Positions 43,042 to 56,747 of a stretch of 64,000 nt of DNA are shown here, piece by piece (position 1 is the stretch's first letter; the number at the start of each line of letters is the position of its first letter). This DNA comes from the human T2T-CHM13v2.0 reference genome, Homo sapiens. Both the position numbers and the translations under genes were made by a program. The DNA is taken from assembly GCF_009914755.1 (NCBI RefSeq), contig NC_060937.1; one strand, given 5' to 3'. The notes beneath the pieces are model-generated. The model had not been told where the DNA came from. It was given only the letters and a program-made list of their open reading frames with translations, and did not search any database.

Positions 43042-45039
43042 GAGTTTGGGCCAAAATCCCAGAAGACACAATCCTGTATGCCATAATGCTGAATGTTGAA
43101 ATCCTGAAAGATAAAAGTCTCTAAAGTCAAAAATCTCAAAAAATATAATCCCAAGAGATCAAAACTGCAAAAATATAATTCTGGAAAAATAATGTTTACA
43201 CATTATTTAAAAGATATTTATTTACATTTTTTAAAGACAGTTTATCTGAAAACATAAAAACATGACAGAAAACTTTATAGGTCACTAGGCAATAGCAATG
43301 TACATATTTTTGCAAGCATAAACACTCAGGTATACTAAGGATGTTTCATGAGTATAACAGTTATGAGTAGACAAACTGTATTCATAAAGAGGTAGGTCAA
43401 AAAGCAAGAGGTATAAACACATATCACTATGGTTGGTAATTATGTGCACCCAGCCTTAAAATTGCGGTCATTTAAATATTCTGATAGATAATCTGAGTCT
43501 TTTGACGAGATTGATCAAAAATCCAGATGTGTCACCATGACATATGCAATCACCCAAAGAACAAAGATCTCAGAAAATTCTGTTTTTCACAAATACAGAT
43601 TCACAAAAAAAGAAATATCTCCCTGTGCTAAGAAATTTCAAACAGTTTTATGTACACACACAATGCTTACACATAAACTCAACATTGTGATAATGCACTT
43701 TTATGGAGTCGAATCTGCCAAAAATGTATGAAGTTAATTAGAAATCTCTAAAAGTCTTGACACAATTTATACCTCCAGTATTGGAAATGCTGCAAAGATA
43801 AAATATATAGCCTAGCAAATTTGCGCCGTGTGTGAATGGGCAGAAGTTGTACACAATTGAATAATTTGGCATGGACGATTTCTTGTATTTTTCACCTACA
43901 TTCTCACTTCTATGATCCTCTAAACACTTGCTGCACTTGTATTTTAGAGAGTGATTGTGGTCTATTTCGTAAGAATATGCTATCCGTTTGAAAGTCTGGT
44001 TATTGCTCAGCTGTTGCAATTAAGTGATTTTCTGCTTTCACAGCACCAGTAATAATTAGCTTTTAAACTTTTATCTTTCACCATTAAGTAGCCTCATACA
44101 CTTAACTTATCACCGCTTTTTTTGTGAGGGGGGCAATTTCATGGTGTTGTAAGGAATATAATAAGAAGGAATTATATTCGGCTTTCCCAGTACCAAATCA
44201 GTATTAGTCAGGGTTTTCCAAAGAACCAATAGGGTATGTATATAGATACATAAGGTGGGAAATTTTTAGGGGAATTAGCTCAGACAATTATGGTGGCTGT
44301 GAAATCCTATGACTGCCATCTGCAAACTGGAGACCCTGGGATATCAGTAGCATGGCTCAGTCCAAGTCCAAAGACCTCAGAGTCAGGAAAGCTGCTGGTG
44401 TAACTGAAAACCTCAGGACCCAGGGGGCCACTGGTATAAATCTTGGAGTCCAACGCTCAATGAGCCTGAAGTTCTGATGTCAAAGGCAGCAAAGGTCTGT
44501 CTCAGCTCTCAGAGAGAGAATTCACTTTCTGTATTATTGTCTTCAGGTCCCTGGCCAATTGGATGATGCCCAACAATACTGAGGGAATACCTTCCCCACT
44601 GAATCCACTCAGACTCACACCCTAATCTACCCTGGAAACATCCACACAGATACACCCCAAATAAAGTTTTACCAGGTTTCTATATATTCCTTAGTCAGTC
44701 AAGTTGACACCTAAAGTCCACAAGTCCACCCCTTGTCAACTTGGCAACTGTATACATCTCCTTAACTGAAACTTAATATCCAAATAAAGACAATAACAAG
44801 GTAATAGTTTTGGCTAACATGATGCAATTATCCTGCATACAACCAAAAACACACTAATTCTTTCCCCAGAATTTAGCTTTAATGATTTCAACATTCAGGA
44901 TTTTAATATTTCAGCATTGTAATTTTTAGGATTTTAAAAACTAGAGATTTTAGACTTCAAGGATTTTGATTTTTTAGGATTTCAACATTATGGATTATGG
45001 CATTAGGAATTGTGTCTTTTGGGATTATGATCAGCACCA
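43042..45039. mobile_element. Ricksha (MULE/MuDR) DNA transposon, about full length
   Basis: Long TIRs (aatcccagaagacacaatcc...tgttgaaatcct / aggatttcaaca...ttgtgtcttttgggatt); ~2 kb; degenerate 9-bp TSD aacttttga/accttttgg; FLYWCH-like remnant YYWCCESRKSLNC on the minus strand at ~44020-44060. Confidence 0.85.
44200..44860 (-). mobile_element. MLT2B LTR plus HERVL 3' internal piece inside Ricksha
   Basis: gtattagtcagggtt...caagttgacacctaaa, then aagtccacccc (reverse PPT) ttgtcaacttg. Confidence 0.8.
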
Positions 45040-45101
45040 ACCTTTTGGAACATGAGTTCCTTAAAAACAGCCAAGTTTGTATAGTACTTAATGTAAGTAT
45101 C

Positions 45102-45467
45102 TGCTATTGATTAAATCTTTGTGTCTTCCCAAAATTCATACGTTAAAACCTAATCCTCAATGTTATCATATTTGGAGATGGAGCCTTTGCAAGTTGATTA
45201 AATCATGGGGGTGGAGCCTTTTTAAGTGGGATTTATTCCCTTATAAAAAGAGAATCCAGATAGATCCCTCATCTTTTCTGCCATATGAGGACACAAGAAG
45301 AAGGCAGCCATCTGTGAACAAGAAAGTGGGACTTCATTAGACACCAAATAGGTTGGCACCTGGATCTTGGACTTCCCAGTCTCCAGACTGTGAGAAATAA
45401 TTTTCTGTTGTTTGTAAGCCACCCATGCTATGATATTTTGGTATAGCAGCCTAAACTGAATAAGACA
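45102..45467 (+). mobile_element. MLT1A0-like MaLR LTR
   Basis: tgctat...cccaaaattcatacgtt...atcttggacttcccagtctccagactgtgag...taagaca. Confidence 0.85.
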
Positions 45468-45709
45468 CCTGTAAAGTAATCAAATAATGTTATATTGAAA
45501 ACATAACAGAGCACGGAAGATCCTACATAAGTTGTTATTCTGAAAACCAGACTCCCCAAATTTTGAACTTTGGGAAATTTATGGCATAAAATTCAACAGC
45601 TATTTTTAAAGTTTGCTATATAATAGATATTATTTTATTTTTTTACTAAGAACAACCATATATAAATATATCCTTTTCCTTGTAAAAAGAACAAGTCTGT
45701 ATATGTGAG

Positions 45710-45812
45710 TGTACACACACACATACACACACATATAAGATACACTTACACACATGTACACACACATATATACACACGCACATATGTACACACAAACATA
45801 TATATATATATA
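45710..45812. repeat. Imperfect (CA)/(TA) repeat
   Basis: Seen directly. Confidence 0.85.
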
Positions 45813-46249
45813 AAATAATTTTAACGTTTTAATTTTGGTAGCCTGTGAAATCTCAGTAATCTATACTGAGTTTTGCTAAAACTCAGACTTAAAAAGAGCA
45901 CAAGAAATTAGTCTGTAGAACTGTATTATTTACACTGATGTCCATGGTGACAAATCTTTATTATCCCAACAGATGGCTCTCCACAATTCCACCACGAGTG
46001 TCTGACTTTTCTAGTCACATCGATCCCTAGCTGTTGAAGTCTTTTGTGTCTTACATTATTTTTATTAACCTACCCTGAATCTAGCCTGTTACGTGTTCTC
46101 CAAAACAACCATACTGTTTTGGTTGCATATGTTCTTTTATTGGAAGTATCTAGGAAAATTTCCCCCCTACATTGTCCTTCCTCTTTTTTTCAATATTTTT
46201 AACCAATGTAATGAATACTGTAGTTCCACGCAGAACCATTTTTAAAAGT

Positions 46250-46636
46250 CTATCACTCTAACCCCAAATTCTGGAAATAGAAACTGGTGGCAGATGATAG
46301 CTCCGCCCCACGTTGAGGATTGTCTTTGGCCACGAGGAACCCCCTTGCTCAGAGGCCACCACAGCCAATGACAGACTGATATAAAGAAACAAAAGGTTAG
46401 CCTCTGTGTTACAAATTGGTACAAATAGGTTTTAAAAAATTATCCCATATCCAGGACTCTGAATAATAACTAAACTTTCAGTCACAATTGCATTAAGGGT
46501 CAACTTCACCTTCTGCCCAGTCCAATGTTCCTCACTTTCTTACAAATATGTTACACAAGACCAATCACTCCTCAGTGAATATTCTTCATGCAACTTCCCA
46601 TCTCAGAAGCCATTTCCAGAAAATCCACTCTAAGAA
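46250..46636 (+). mobile_element. LTR16-like ERVL LTR
   Basis: 3' end catgcaacttcccatctcagaagccatttccagaaaatccactctaaga. Confidence 0.55.
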
Positions 46637-48104
46637 CTTAATGTTCTAATATATATGAAAAGCAGAGAAGGAGCATACTTTGTTACAAGTAAGGATTTTG
46701 CCTTAACCACGACATAGAACTCTAATGAATCAAACTTGATTGCTTTTCCTTATATCAGTGGTAGGTTTAATACTTCGAATTGACCCTAAAGTTGGTAGAC
46801 TCTATTGCTCCATTCGTTTTAAGACCAAACTCAAATCTTATTTCTCTCTACTTTGCGGAATGGAAAAGCCTGTAGTAGGTAGAACAGACCAGTCATTAAG
46901 AGACCTGACCTCGGCTGACTACTCCAAATCTTCATATGGCTAGCATAACAGCCCTTATCACCTCTGAGTTGTTCTTACAATTCCAAGTATATAGAACAAA
47001 ATAATCTTAAAGAAAGACTGATGACACATTCGACCATGTCAGGCGTATTACCCTGCTATTAATGTTTGGACCTCCAGAAATCTAGCCCACTCAATAAATA
47101 TGTTCGGATTGCATGAAAAATCAGCACCACTTCTCTTTGGTAAAGTAAAAGTGGAGAGAAACTATGAAATGTTCCTAGCAACTATTGCTGATTGTAAAGT
47201 CTATTGCCTAGTGATTTACTTATAGGAACTGATATATTTTAGTTAGTATTATTTTGACTATTAAGGTAGATTTTCAGCCAGGCTGTAAGCACCTTTGGAA
47301 AAGGACCATGTCCTTCAACTTTGTTTCTCAGATTCAATAATAGCTGTGACATGCTGTAGGTGTTCAAGACACTGGGTTTTTCTTTAAAACCAAATAAATA
47401 AATAAGACATTTTGATAAAATATGCTTTTACCATGGCAATTGATAATATTTCAGAAAAATCTAAAAATCAATCCATTTGTATGCTACTACTGACCTCCTA
47501 GCTCTGTACAGTTCTATTCATCAACATAGAGTCTAATCGGCTACAGATACAGCTATTTCTCCATTGTGTTTATAAGAATGTTACTTAGAATCTTTATTAA
47601 ATGTACTCTTAAAGTCAAGATAAATTATTACACTTATCTGCATGTACAGGTCCACTATAATTGACCAAGATAATTGTGCGCTACATAGTTTCTTGGAACA
47701 CCATGTAAATGGCACCTGTAAAGTTGTTCAAACAGGCAACCCTCTAAATACTCCCTTGAAATGTATTTGAAAATACATTATGTTATTTTTTCTTTTGTTC
47801 ACAATGAATTCATGAACAATTCATGTTGACTAATAGTGACAAATGATGTCATTTCTAAATACTCTCATTATACATCAAATTTACCAGAATGAATACTTTG
47901 TCTTCTCAAAAATAGAACATGTGCTCATTACCAATATTAAATAATCTTTTGTATTTCCCATATTTCTCAAAGATTATTTACAGTGATTTTATGGTTAAAA
48001 TTACAATATATTTTTAAGCATCGTATAATAGAATTCTTCCACTTCTAGAGATGTAAAAGCATTTAAATGAATTATTTTCTCTTTTGTGACACTTTAAAAC
48101 AGAC

Positions 48105-49027
48105 ATTGTTAGTGTTTGCTTATAGCCTCTCACGTCCTTTTGTCATTTTCATGCATTACTGGCTCTCAATGTGCTTTCAACCCCAAAAGCCAGTTCCTTC
48201 AGTCCTTTACTAGAGTCTTGGCATGAGAGTGCTAGGTCTAGATTTGGGAGTATCTGGAAACGTATCCCTACCCAGGGCAATCACTAACCAAAGCATGATG
48301 GTGCAGTGGAATAAATACTCCCATTTTCTTGTTCCTGGACAGGTAACCCCGAAATGCAGGCTACGATTTCTGCAGAGTTCCTGGGGAATTGTGCCAAATT
48401 ATCTAATATGGAATTTAGCTAGACATTACACTCTTGTTTGGCTTCCCATCTTGTTATGGGTTTAATTGTGTCCCTCAAAAAGGATACATTGAAGTCCTGA
48501 TTCTCAAAACTTTAGAAGAGGACCTTATTTTGAAATAGGGTGTTTACAATGGTAAGCAAACTAAAATGTTGCTACTAGGGTGATCCCTAACAACTGACTG
48601 ATAGCCTTATAAAAAAGAGGAGTTTGGAAACAGACACACATACAGGGAGAATGCCATGTGAAGATGAAGGCAGAGATGGGGTGATGAATCTACAAGTTTA
48701 GAAAAGTCCAAGATTGTCAGCAAATCACCAGAAGCTCGGAGAAATGTCTGGAACAGATTTACCTTCTCAGCCCTCAGAAGAAACCAACCCTGCCAACACG
48801 CAATCTTAGATATCAAATATCCAAAACTGAGACAATACATTTCTGTTGTTTAAGCCACCCATTTTGTGGCACTTTGTTGCAGCAGCCCTAGGAAGTGAAT
48901 ACACTTTGTTTTCTGCAACACGTTTCTATTCCCGCCACTACTCCACCAAGAACGTTTTTTATACAAGAATCATTTTTATACAAATCTCCATCTCAGTATT
49001 TGCTTCTAGGGAACTCGATCTGAGACA
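48105..49027 (+). mobile_element. LTR16-like ERVL LTR split by MLT1C
   Basis: ggaataaatactccc; 3' end caaatctccatctcagtatttgcttctagggaactcgatctgagaca. Confidence 0.65.
48452..48903 (+). mobile_element. MLT1C-like MaLR LTR
   Basis: tgttatgggtttaattgtgtcc...gccatgtgaagatgaaggcagagatgg...gcagccctaggaagtgaataca. Confidence 0.85.
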
Positions 49028-49904
49028 ACTCCAGGCTTGTATCCTTTATTATTGGTGTGTAAAAAAGATTATTAGGAGATAATTGGTGAAGACCAATCCT
49101 CTTACTGAACTAAGCAAAATTATTCAGAAATTGATCATTTAGCTTTGATTCTACCTTCCATGAATATTGCACTTTTCTCTCTAAGATGTGACAGTTACCT
49201 TGTTAACATATATTCTTTTTCTGTTCTAACAACAGAATTTAGCATTTTTCTCAGTAACTTATTTCTGGATTTAACTTATTTCCATTCTTAAAATTTCTTG
49301 GTTTTATTTTGCATTTGTCTTGGTTTTGTGCCCTGCTTTTCATCTTTGGAAAGCCGCTTTAGATTCAAGCTTATTGTAGATTCCCCCAAACTATCCTATA
49401 GGATCCCCTTGCTGTCTCCTACTGTTCTTAAGCACAATAGTTATGCAGAAATGTTTCATAAAAATTATTTCAGAACATTTCAACACTCTTGACACATGCT
49501 TTAGAGTTACCTATGAAAATTGTAGGGTCACATTCACCTTTTTCAGCTTTCATAAGAATAGTCGAGAGTATGTCTTTGAGTCTGCTATGCAACTCTGTCC
49601 TTCTCAATTCTAAATAGACACAACCACTTTAATTGAAAGGTTTCCATCACTCTTACAACCTCAGCCAATTTTCCTTCCCTGTCTGAATGAAATCCAGCAA
49701 TTGCGCATTTGCTTCCTCATGCAAGATGAAATTGTCAGCAAGGTAAATAGCAAATTTATTAGGTGCCATCCTTTTAGCAGAATTAGATTTCAAACAGATG
49801 CTCATACAGTTCAAGTTCTCTATTATTTGCATACAGACGGTTTTTTGTTAAGTTGGAAATCTTTTACAAATTTTTAACCGTAATCTTCATTTTGTTTGTG
49901 TGTG

Positions 49905-50661
49905 TATGTATATATAATATATAATATATTATATATATTATATATTATATATTATAAAATATTATATATTATACAATACATATTATTAATTATACAATAT
50001 ATAATATTATTAATGTTATTAATTAATATAATAATAATATTATTAATTATTAATATTATATAATATAATATATAATATATTATATATTATAAATAATATA
50101 TAATATATTATATATTATAAATAATATATAATATATTATATATTATAAATAATATATAATATATTATATATTATAAATAATATATAATATATTACATATT
50201 ATAAATAATATATAATATATTACATATTATAAATAATATATAATATATTACATATTGTATATAATATATAATATATATTATATATTATATACAATATGTA
50301 ATATATATTATAAATAATATATATAATATATATAATATGTAATATATATTATAAATAATATATATAATATATAATATGTAATATATATTATAAATAATAT
50401 ATATAATATATAATATGTAATATATATTATAAATAATACATATAATATATAATATGTAATATATTATAAATAATATATATAATATATAATATGTAATATA
50501 TGTTATATAATATATAATATGTAATATATGTTATATAATATATAATATGTAATATATGTTATATAATATATAATATGTAATATATATTATATATAATATA
50601 TATTATATTATATATAATATATAAAAAATATAATATATATAATATAATATGTATATTATAT
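49905..50661. repeat. AT-rich compound minisatellite (28-, 39- and 28-bp periods)
   Basis: Nearly pure A/T; periods measured from recurring ataaat and atgtaa anchors. Confidence 0.95.
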
Positions 50662-50901
50662 GAGCCATTCTTTCAAATCATACCTATTTTGTATTTATGT
50701 TGTATTTCCTAACAGCCAGATTTTGGTACAACATGAATCCACAATAATATTAATTCTCTTTATTTTTCTTATTTGTACCCCTGCTCATAGACTCTCTACT
50801 TGGCTTCACAAATCATGCATGTAACAATAAAGCATAAAATTATAAATGTTCTCAATATGTTCCTCCTCTGTTACTCCTTTTCATTGAATAAGTTAGAGAC
50901 A

Positions 50902-51239
50902 TGTATGTTAGTCAGCTTGGACAGCTATAGCAAAATAAGATGGAATGAATGGCTTAAACAACAAAAAATTATTTTCTCACAGTTCTGGAGACCGGAAGTC
51001 CAAGACTGGGGTGTCAGCCTGCTTGGGTTCTGGTGAAGGTTGTTTTCTTGGCTTTCAGACTGCCACCTTCTTGCTGTGTCCTCACATGGAGAGGCTAGAG
51101 AGAGCAAACACTCTGATGTATCTTCTTATAAGGATAATAATCCCACTCTAAACCGAATGATCTCCCAAACACTATCACATTGTGGTTTAGAGCTTCACCA
51201 TATGAATTTTGGGGAAACACAAACATTCAATCAATTACA
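50902..51239 (-). mobile_element. MLT1A-like MaLR LTR
   Basis: ggcttaaacaac...ttctcacagttctggag...cttcttgctgtgtcctcacatgg...aaacattca. Confidence 0.8.
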
Positions 51240-51307
51240 TAGTGCATTTCTCTTCACATTTCTCTGCTCACCAAGTCATATTAATACTTATGCTATTAAT
51301 ATGCTAT

Positions 51308-51490
51308 TGCTATGGTTTGAATATATGTGTCCCCCAAAATTCATAGGAGCCTAAGACCCAATGAGGTGGTATTGAGAAGTGGGGGTCTGTCCTCACAAAT
51401 GGGATTAAGACACTTGTAAAAGGGTTTGAAGAAACTCTCAGTCAATTTTGCCCTTTAGCCTTCCACCATGTGAGGAAGCAGCAACCAGTC
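51308..51490 (+). mobile_element. MSTD/MLT1A-like LTR 5' fragment
   Basis: tgctatggtttgaat...tgtcccccaaaattcat. Confidence 0.65.
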
Positions 51491-53899
51491 TCCTTGCCCA
51501 TTGCTTTGTCATAACTAGAGTACCAGAAAACTGATATCCTCAACTATGAATAAAACAGCCAGCTTCCATTTCTTCATTCTTTCCCAAAGTTTTAGCTATC
51601 AGTCTGGAAAAATAATTAGTCCACAGATACTCTTAAATCTTTCAGTTTGAGTTTTTGTTTTGTTTTGTTTTGTTTTTCCCCCAGGTTTTCAAAGGCAATA
51701 GAGATACATCAAGTTTCTCCCAAACAATTTGCTTATTTCAGGCATGGGGAGCAGCACATTTGGATAGTGTAGAATATTGCCAGCCTGTCAGCCATATCTC
51801 AAGTTTATGTCTCTGAGGTCTTAGATATACCCATAACCATACTTTTTTCCTATTTAATAAAGAAAGACCATCAATTACATTTATATACAGGTTGCGTTTT
51901 TAAAATTATTTCATTATGTTGTCTTACCAATTAGATTGCAAACTCATTTGTATTATATCTAGCTAATCTTTTAAACCATAATAGGTACTTGCTAGATACC
52001 TGATTACTTAACCATACATGCATTTGAAAAACATACATTAATTCAGTGTACTATAAAACAAAGTTTCTGCGTCAATTGTGGTGGTACACATTTGAAATGG
52101 GATCTCTCGTATAAAAAATGAAAGAATGTATTTCATTCACCATGGTTCTTTGCAAAAAGCAATCACTTTATAAAAGTTAACCATTGATATTCATAATAAT
52201 GGTGCTTACCAAAATTAATAATTATTGAATAATAAATTTCTTTCAGCATAATTATTATTACTATTTTGTGATCAGATGTTAAAATTTTGACAATTTAGTA
52301 AAGAGTAACTGCCACTTTGACTCTATATTTATCAGAATCCTTAAAGTGGCTGAGGAAGGGAAGTGATATGCTCCCAGTAGCAGATGAGACAGACTATAAG
52401 GCAGAGATTGAAGGCAGGTAGTTTGTAAAGGACTTCACTTTTAAATGTGGATTTTACTCTAATACAAATGTCAACAATGCAGTGTGAAAGAGGAAATGCT
52501 TGAGGAATTCTGAATTCATAATGAAGCATCATCTTTCAACGAATCCACTGTGGTTAGACACACAAAACACCTGCTCTCTTTATAGATTCTATGCAGTGCC
52601 TGGACTGGCTGAATGTCTTGATTCTGTGGTGCTTAAAGCAGAAAATGTCACTATGATTTCAAAGGGCCTTAATGGTTAGAAATTGCTATAAATGATAAAT
52701 TTCCATGTCACCTTAAAATTTCTTAGCTTTGTTAGTTCAAGCCATGTCCTCAATGTAGTTTAATGCTGCTGTTATTATCATTATTTAATATAGTCAATGT
52801 ATGGACTGAACAAAACATACTTGCAAGTTTAGCATTTTCCAATCAATATTTTAAATTTACTTGATGAAGAAAAAAAGTGTGCTCTTCAATTGTAAGAATT
52901 ATCTCAGTGCTTCCCGAGATCACTTTAATGTAATACATTTATCTGTATGTAAAAATGGTTTCTCTGGTTACCAGAAATAAATTGCAGTATATCACTGGAT
53001 TACTTGACATCAGTTTCTCAAGGTAAGATATGACATCTTGCTGACACAATATGAGTAAAAATTCTCAAAACAATTAGACAACATTATAGGAGGTGAAATA
53101 TAGAAAGGTTTATTTATCATACATATTATGAATCAACATTATATTTTCAGTTTATTTTTACAATAAAGTATATATTATATTTCTTTTTTTGTAAAATTGT
53201 GTTATATTAACATACACAAATAGATTCACATTTGAATGTCTTATAGAGCTCTCAAATATATCAAAAGAAAGAAATAAAGGAACGCCATAAGGTTATATCT
53301 CCCAGGTAAAATTTTCAATACTTGTCTGATAAATATGCATAAACGTGTACATTGCTAAAAATATACATATTGTTCCATATACTTACAAGCTATGTGCTAT
53401 AACTGAGAAGAAAATGTCTTCTTATGAGAATTATTCTGTTAAAATCAGTGGTTTCATTTTCTTCAAATCCAGGTTAAAATACAAAATTATAATTACAAAA
53501 GTACAGATTTAAAAATTACTTTTAATATTACATAATCGAATCATCTATCATCACAAAAATTAAAAAACTTGAAGCTCTGTGTTTTGGAGCTTTATATTTT
53601 ATATCTTGACTCAAGATATCCAAGGTCACAGAGCTAGTTTATGATGGAATCATGCAGTAGCACCAAGCTTTCTATTTATTTCATTTTACTCCAAATAGCA
53701 TATTTTTTTCTTACAGGAAATGCTGTCTCTCTAAGACCTGTGTGTGTTGGCCAAACATGTGTCATTTGCCCATTTAAACATGTATTCCCTAATTTCATGC
53801 AAATATTTGTTCAAAAATTGTGAATATAATAGAACTTCTTAATTTAAGAAATACTCTACCTTGTGTGAGGCACTAATAATGTTGGAAAAAATGAATGTG

Positions 53900-54100
53900 A
53901 TCTTTGTGGTCTTAACGCTTTCTACCTGAAGTAATGACAGCCTGTGCTATGTGGTTTAGTTCATATGACCTTATTTTATTGATGAAGTGAAATAAGTACA
54001 GTTTTTCCCTTTTTATATATAGGGATATACAACCGAAAATGGTTTCAACTTGTCCAAATTCATATAGTTTATAAGTGGTGGACTGAGAATTCATCCTTCC
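53900..54100 (-). mobile_element. MIR fragment
   Basis: aacttgtccaaattcatatagtttataagtggtggactgagaattca. Confidence 0.5.
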
Positions 54101-56439
54101 TACACCTGCCTAGCCTTCCAAGGTTCATTGACATAAGAGTTCTTGATCTTCTTTACCGATAACTTCAGGTCCTTACCAGCTGAAACAGAATAATAGAAAT
54201 ATTATGTATAACCATGTCTTCTACCCAGTTCCTTCTCACTTAATTGAATGTAATTTCAAGCAAAACTACAAGCCCAGGGAGGATGATGCAATTCTTAGCT
54301 GCTTGGTCTGTAGTACTTCTTTATGTCTCCTTCCTGGCTTCAAAGCTAGCACATAAAGATGAAAGGTGGGTTCCTGGATGATCGCAAATTAATAAATTAA
54401 TAAGTGCTATTGAGCTCCATCTTCATGTTGGTCCAGTCCAAAGGATCAGGTTTCTGGCAAGAATCATGTTTAGTAGTTACTTTGATTAGTACTCCAAATA
54501 CGCTTCTCTAAGTATAAAGTTCTGATGGGAAACCCAGATTGCTGTTAGTAGTGATCCTGGTAAGCTACTGCTGCTACTACTTTCTACTTCTATGCTTTCT
54601 ACTACTACCATTAATTTAATAAGAGTAAAGTCCTCTTGCTTCCTGCCAGTATCCCTTTCCAGGAAATTTCCAAAAAAAATGGCTACAAGCCTATGCAAAT
54701 TAAGTGATATTTTTCTGTCTTTTGAATCTTAAATATCAACTAGAATTTGTAACCCCTAATATGTGATCTGAAAGCCTCATTGACTAAAAGGACATTGACA
54801 GTTTCTTGGATTATGACAGGTTGCCATAGCCATTGGAGATCACACCATGACTTGCTTCCCGACCACCTGGATTTTATGTGAAGTCACATGTTCTTAGAAA
54901 AACAGACTTTTAAGACACTCTTCTGCGATCTGACATTTTCAAGGTAAGCCTTAAATGATACAGCCTTATCCTGTGTCTATGCAAAGTTTATCCTCTCTTC
55001 ACCAGCTCTGTGTTAGTGTGCTTACTCTGAAAGGATGGCAAGGTTGGCTTTCAGAGATGTGGTTGGGCACCTTGGTGTCTCTGCTTCCACAGACTCTGTT
55101 CCACTGTTTTGCATTGGTGGTTGTGGCTTTGTCTTCCTCATTCTAACCAATAAGGCATAGCTGTTCAGAATGGCTTAAGGCTAACTGCAGCATGGCTGGT
55201 TTACTTGCAGCTTTGTCTGAATCACATTTTATTTTCCGTTAACTAGATTGAACCACCAACCCACATCATACTACAATTAATGTTTTATTCTTTATTTCAA
55301 GACATTATGCAAAAGTATTCATAAAAAATGATTTTCTGAAATTTAGATACAGTATATTTTTAGATTTATCCTGATCTTTAGCCTTGCTAGGCTGCCAAAG
55401 GGAGAAATTAAAGAAAAAAAAAAACACCTTTATTTTTATCAGGTACACCCAATCAAGACATATTCATTGCCCTGAAAGGAGATTACAAAACTCATTTTCC
55501 ACATTTCATTCTCAGTGACTCCATGCTGGTTTTGAATAGTTGTTACTTTCCATAACAAAATTGGTTCTGAATTTGGTCTGAGATCAACATCACTCAGTAA
55601 TCATTCATTACAAGGAAATTTATTTCTCTTCCCTTTCTCCTCTTATTTCATAAATTATTGTTGCCATTGTTGTTAGTTTAAGAAACATCCTGTAATATAT
55701 AGCTCCTTTTTTTTCTTTTTAAAATTCTAGATATCAATTACAGTGGCCTGACTGTCTCATGGGCAAACTCCTTCCTTGTTTTGGGATGTATTTCATCTGA
55801 GCCAGAATTGCTAAACTTGTTCAGAGCTATTACAATCTTTTCACCCGCTTTAAACCTAAATTTCTCTCAACAACATTCATTCTATCCTTTCTAGTTCATA
55901 GATCACTCACAATGACAAGCAAAGACAAGTAAAATAGAGTTGAGTGTCTTTGCCTTCTCTTTGTCACTTATCAACATTCAATCATTATACCTATCCCTCT
56001 CTTCTTTTCTTGATTACATTTTTAAAGCCCCTACATTTTATTACTTTTTTCTCAAAATATCTTGCAAAACTTTCTGCCTTGAAATTTTCACCCTCTTAGT
56101 ACTTTTTTCTGTGGGCTTGTCCTGTCTCATATTCTACATATTCTATGTTGGCTATTTACCCCTCTTTACCATTTTCCTACATGACCTTTTATCATTGGAA
56201 AATTGTAAATTCTGGTATCTGATTTCCATAAGCACACAAAATGTCATATTTTAAAGTTAAATTGTGAATGCAGAGTTACATTTAGAAAAGATTGTCTGAT
56301 TCTCTAATATAGCCCAGAGTAGCACTGACCCTTCAGGAGGCTCAGTTTTTAGCAGTGAGGGTGGGGGAAAGTAGGGAAGAGAAAAGAGGTGAGGAGGGTG
56401 TGAAACAGAAGTTTTTGGGGTTTTTTTGTTTTGTTTTTC

Positions 56440-56747
<308 letters not shown>

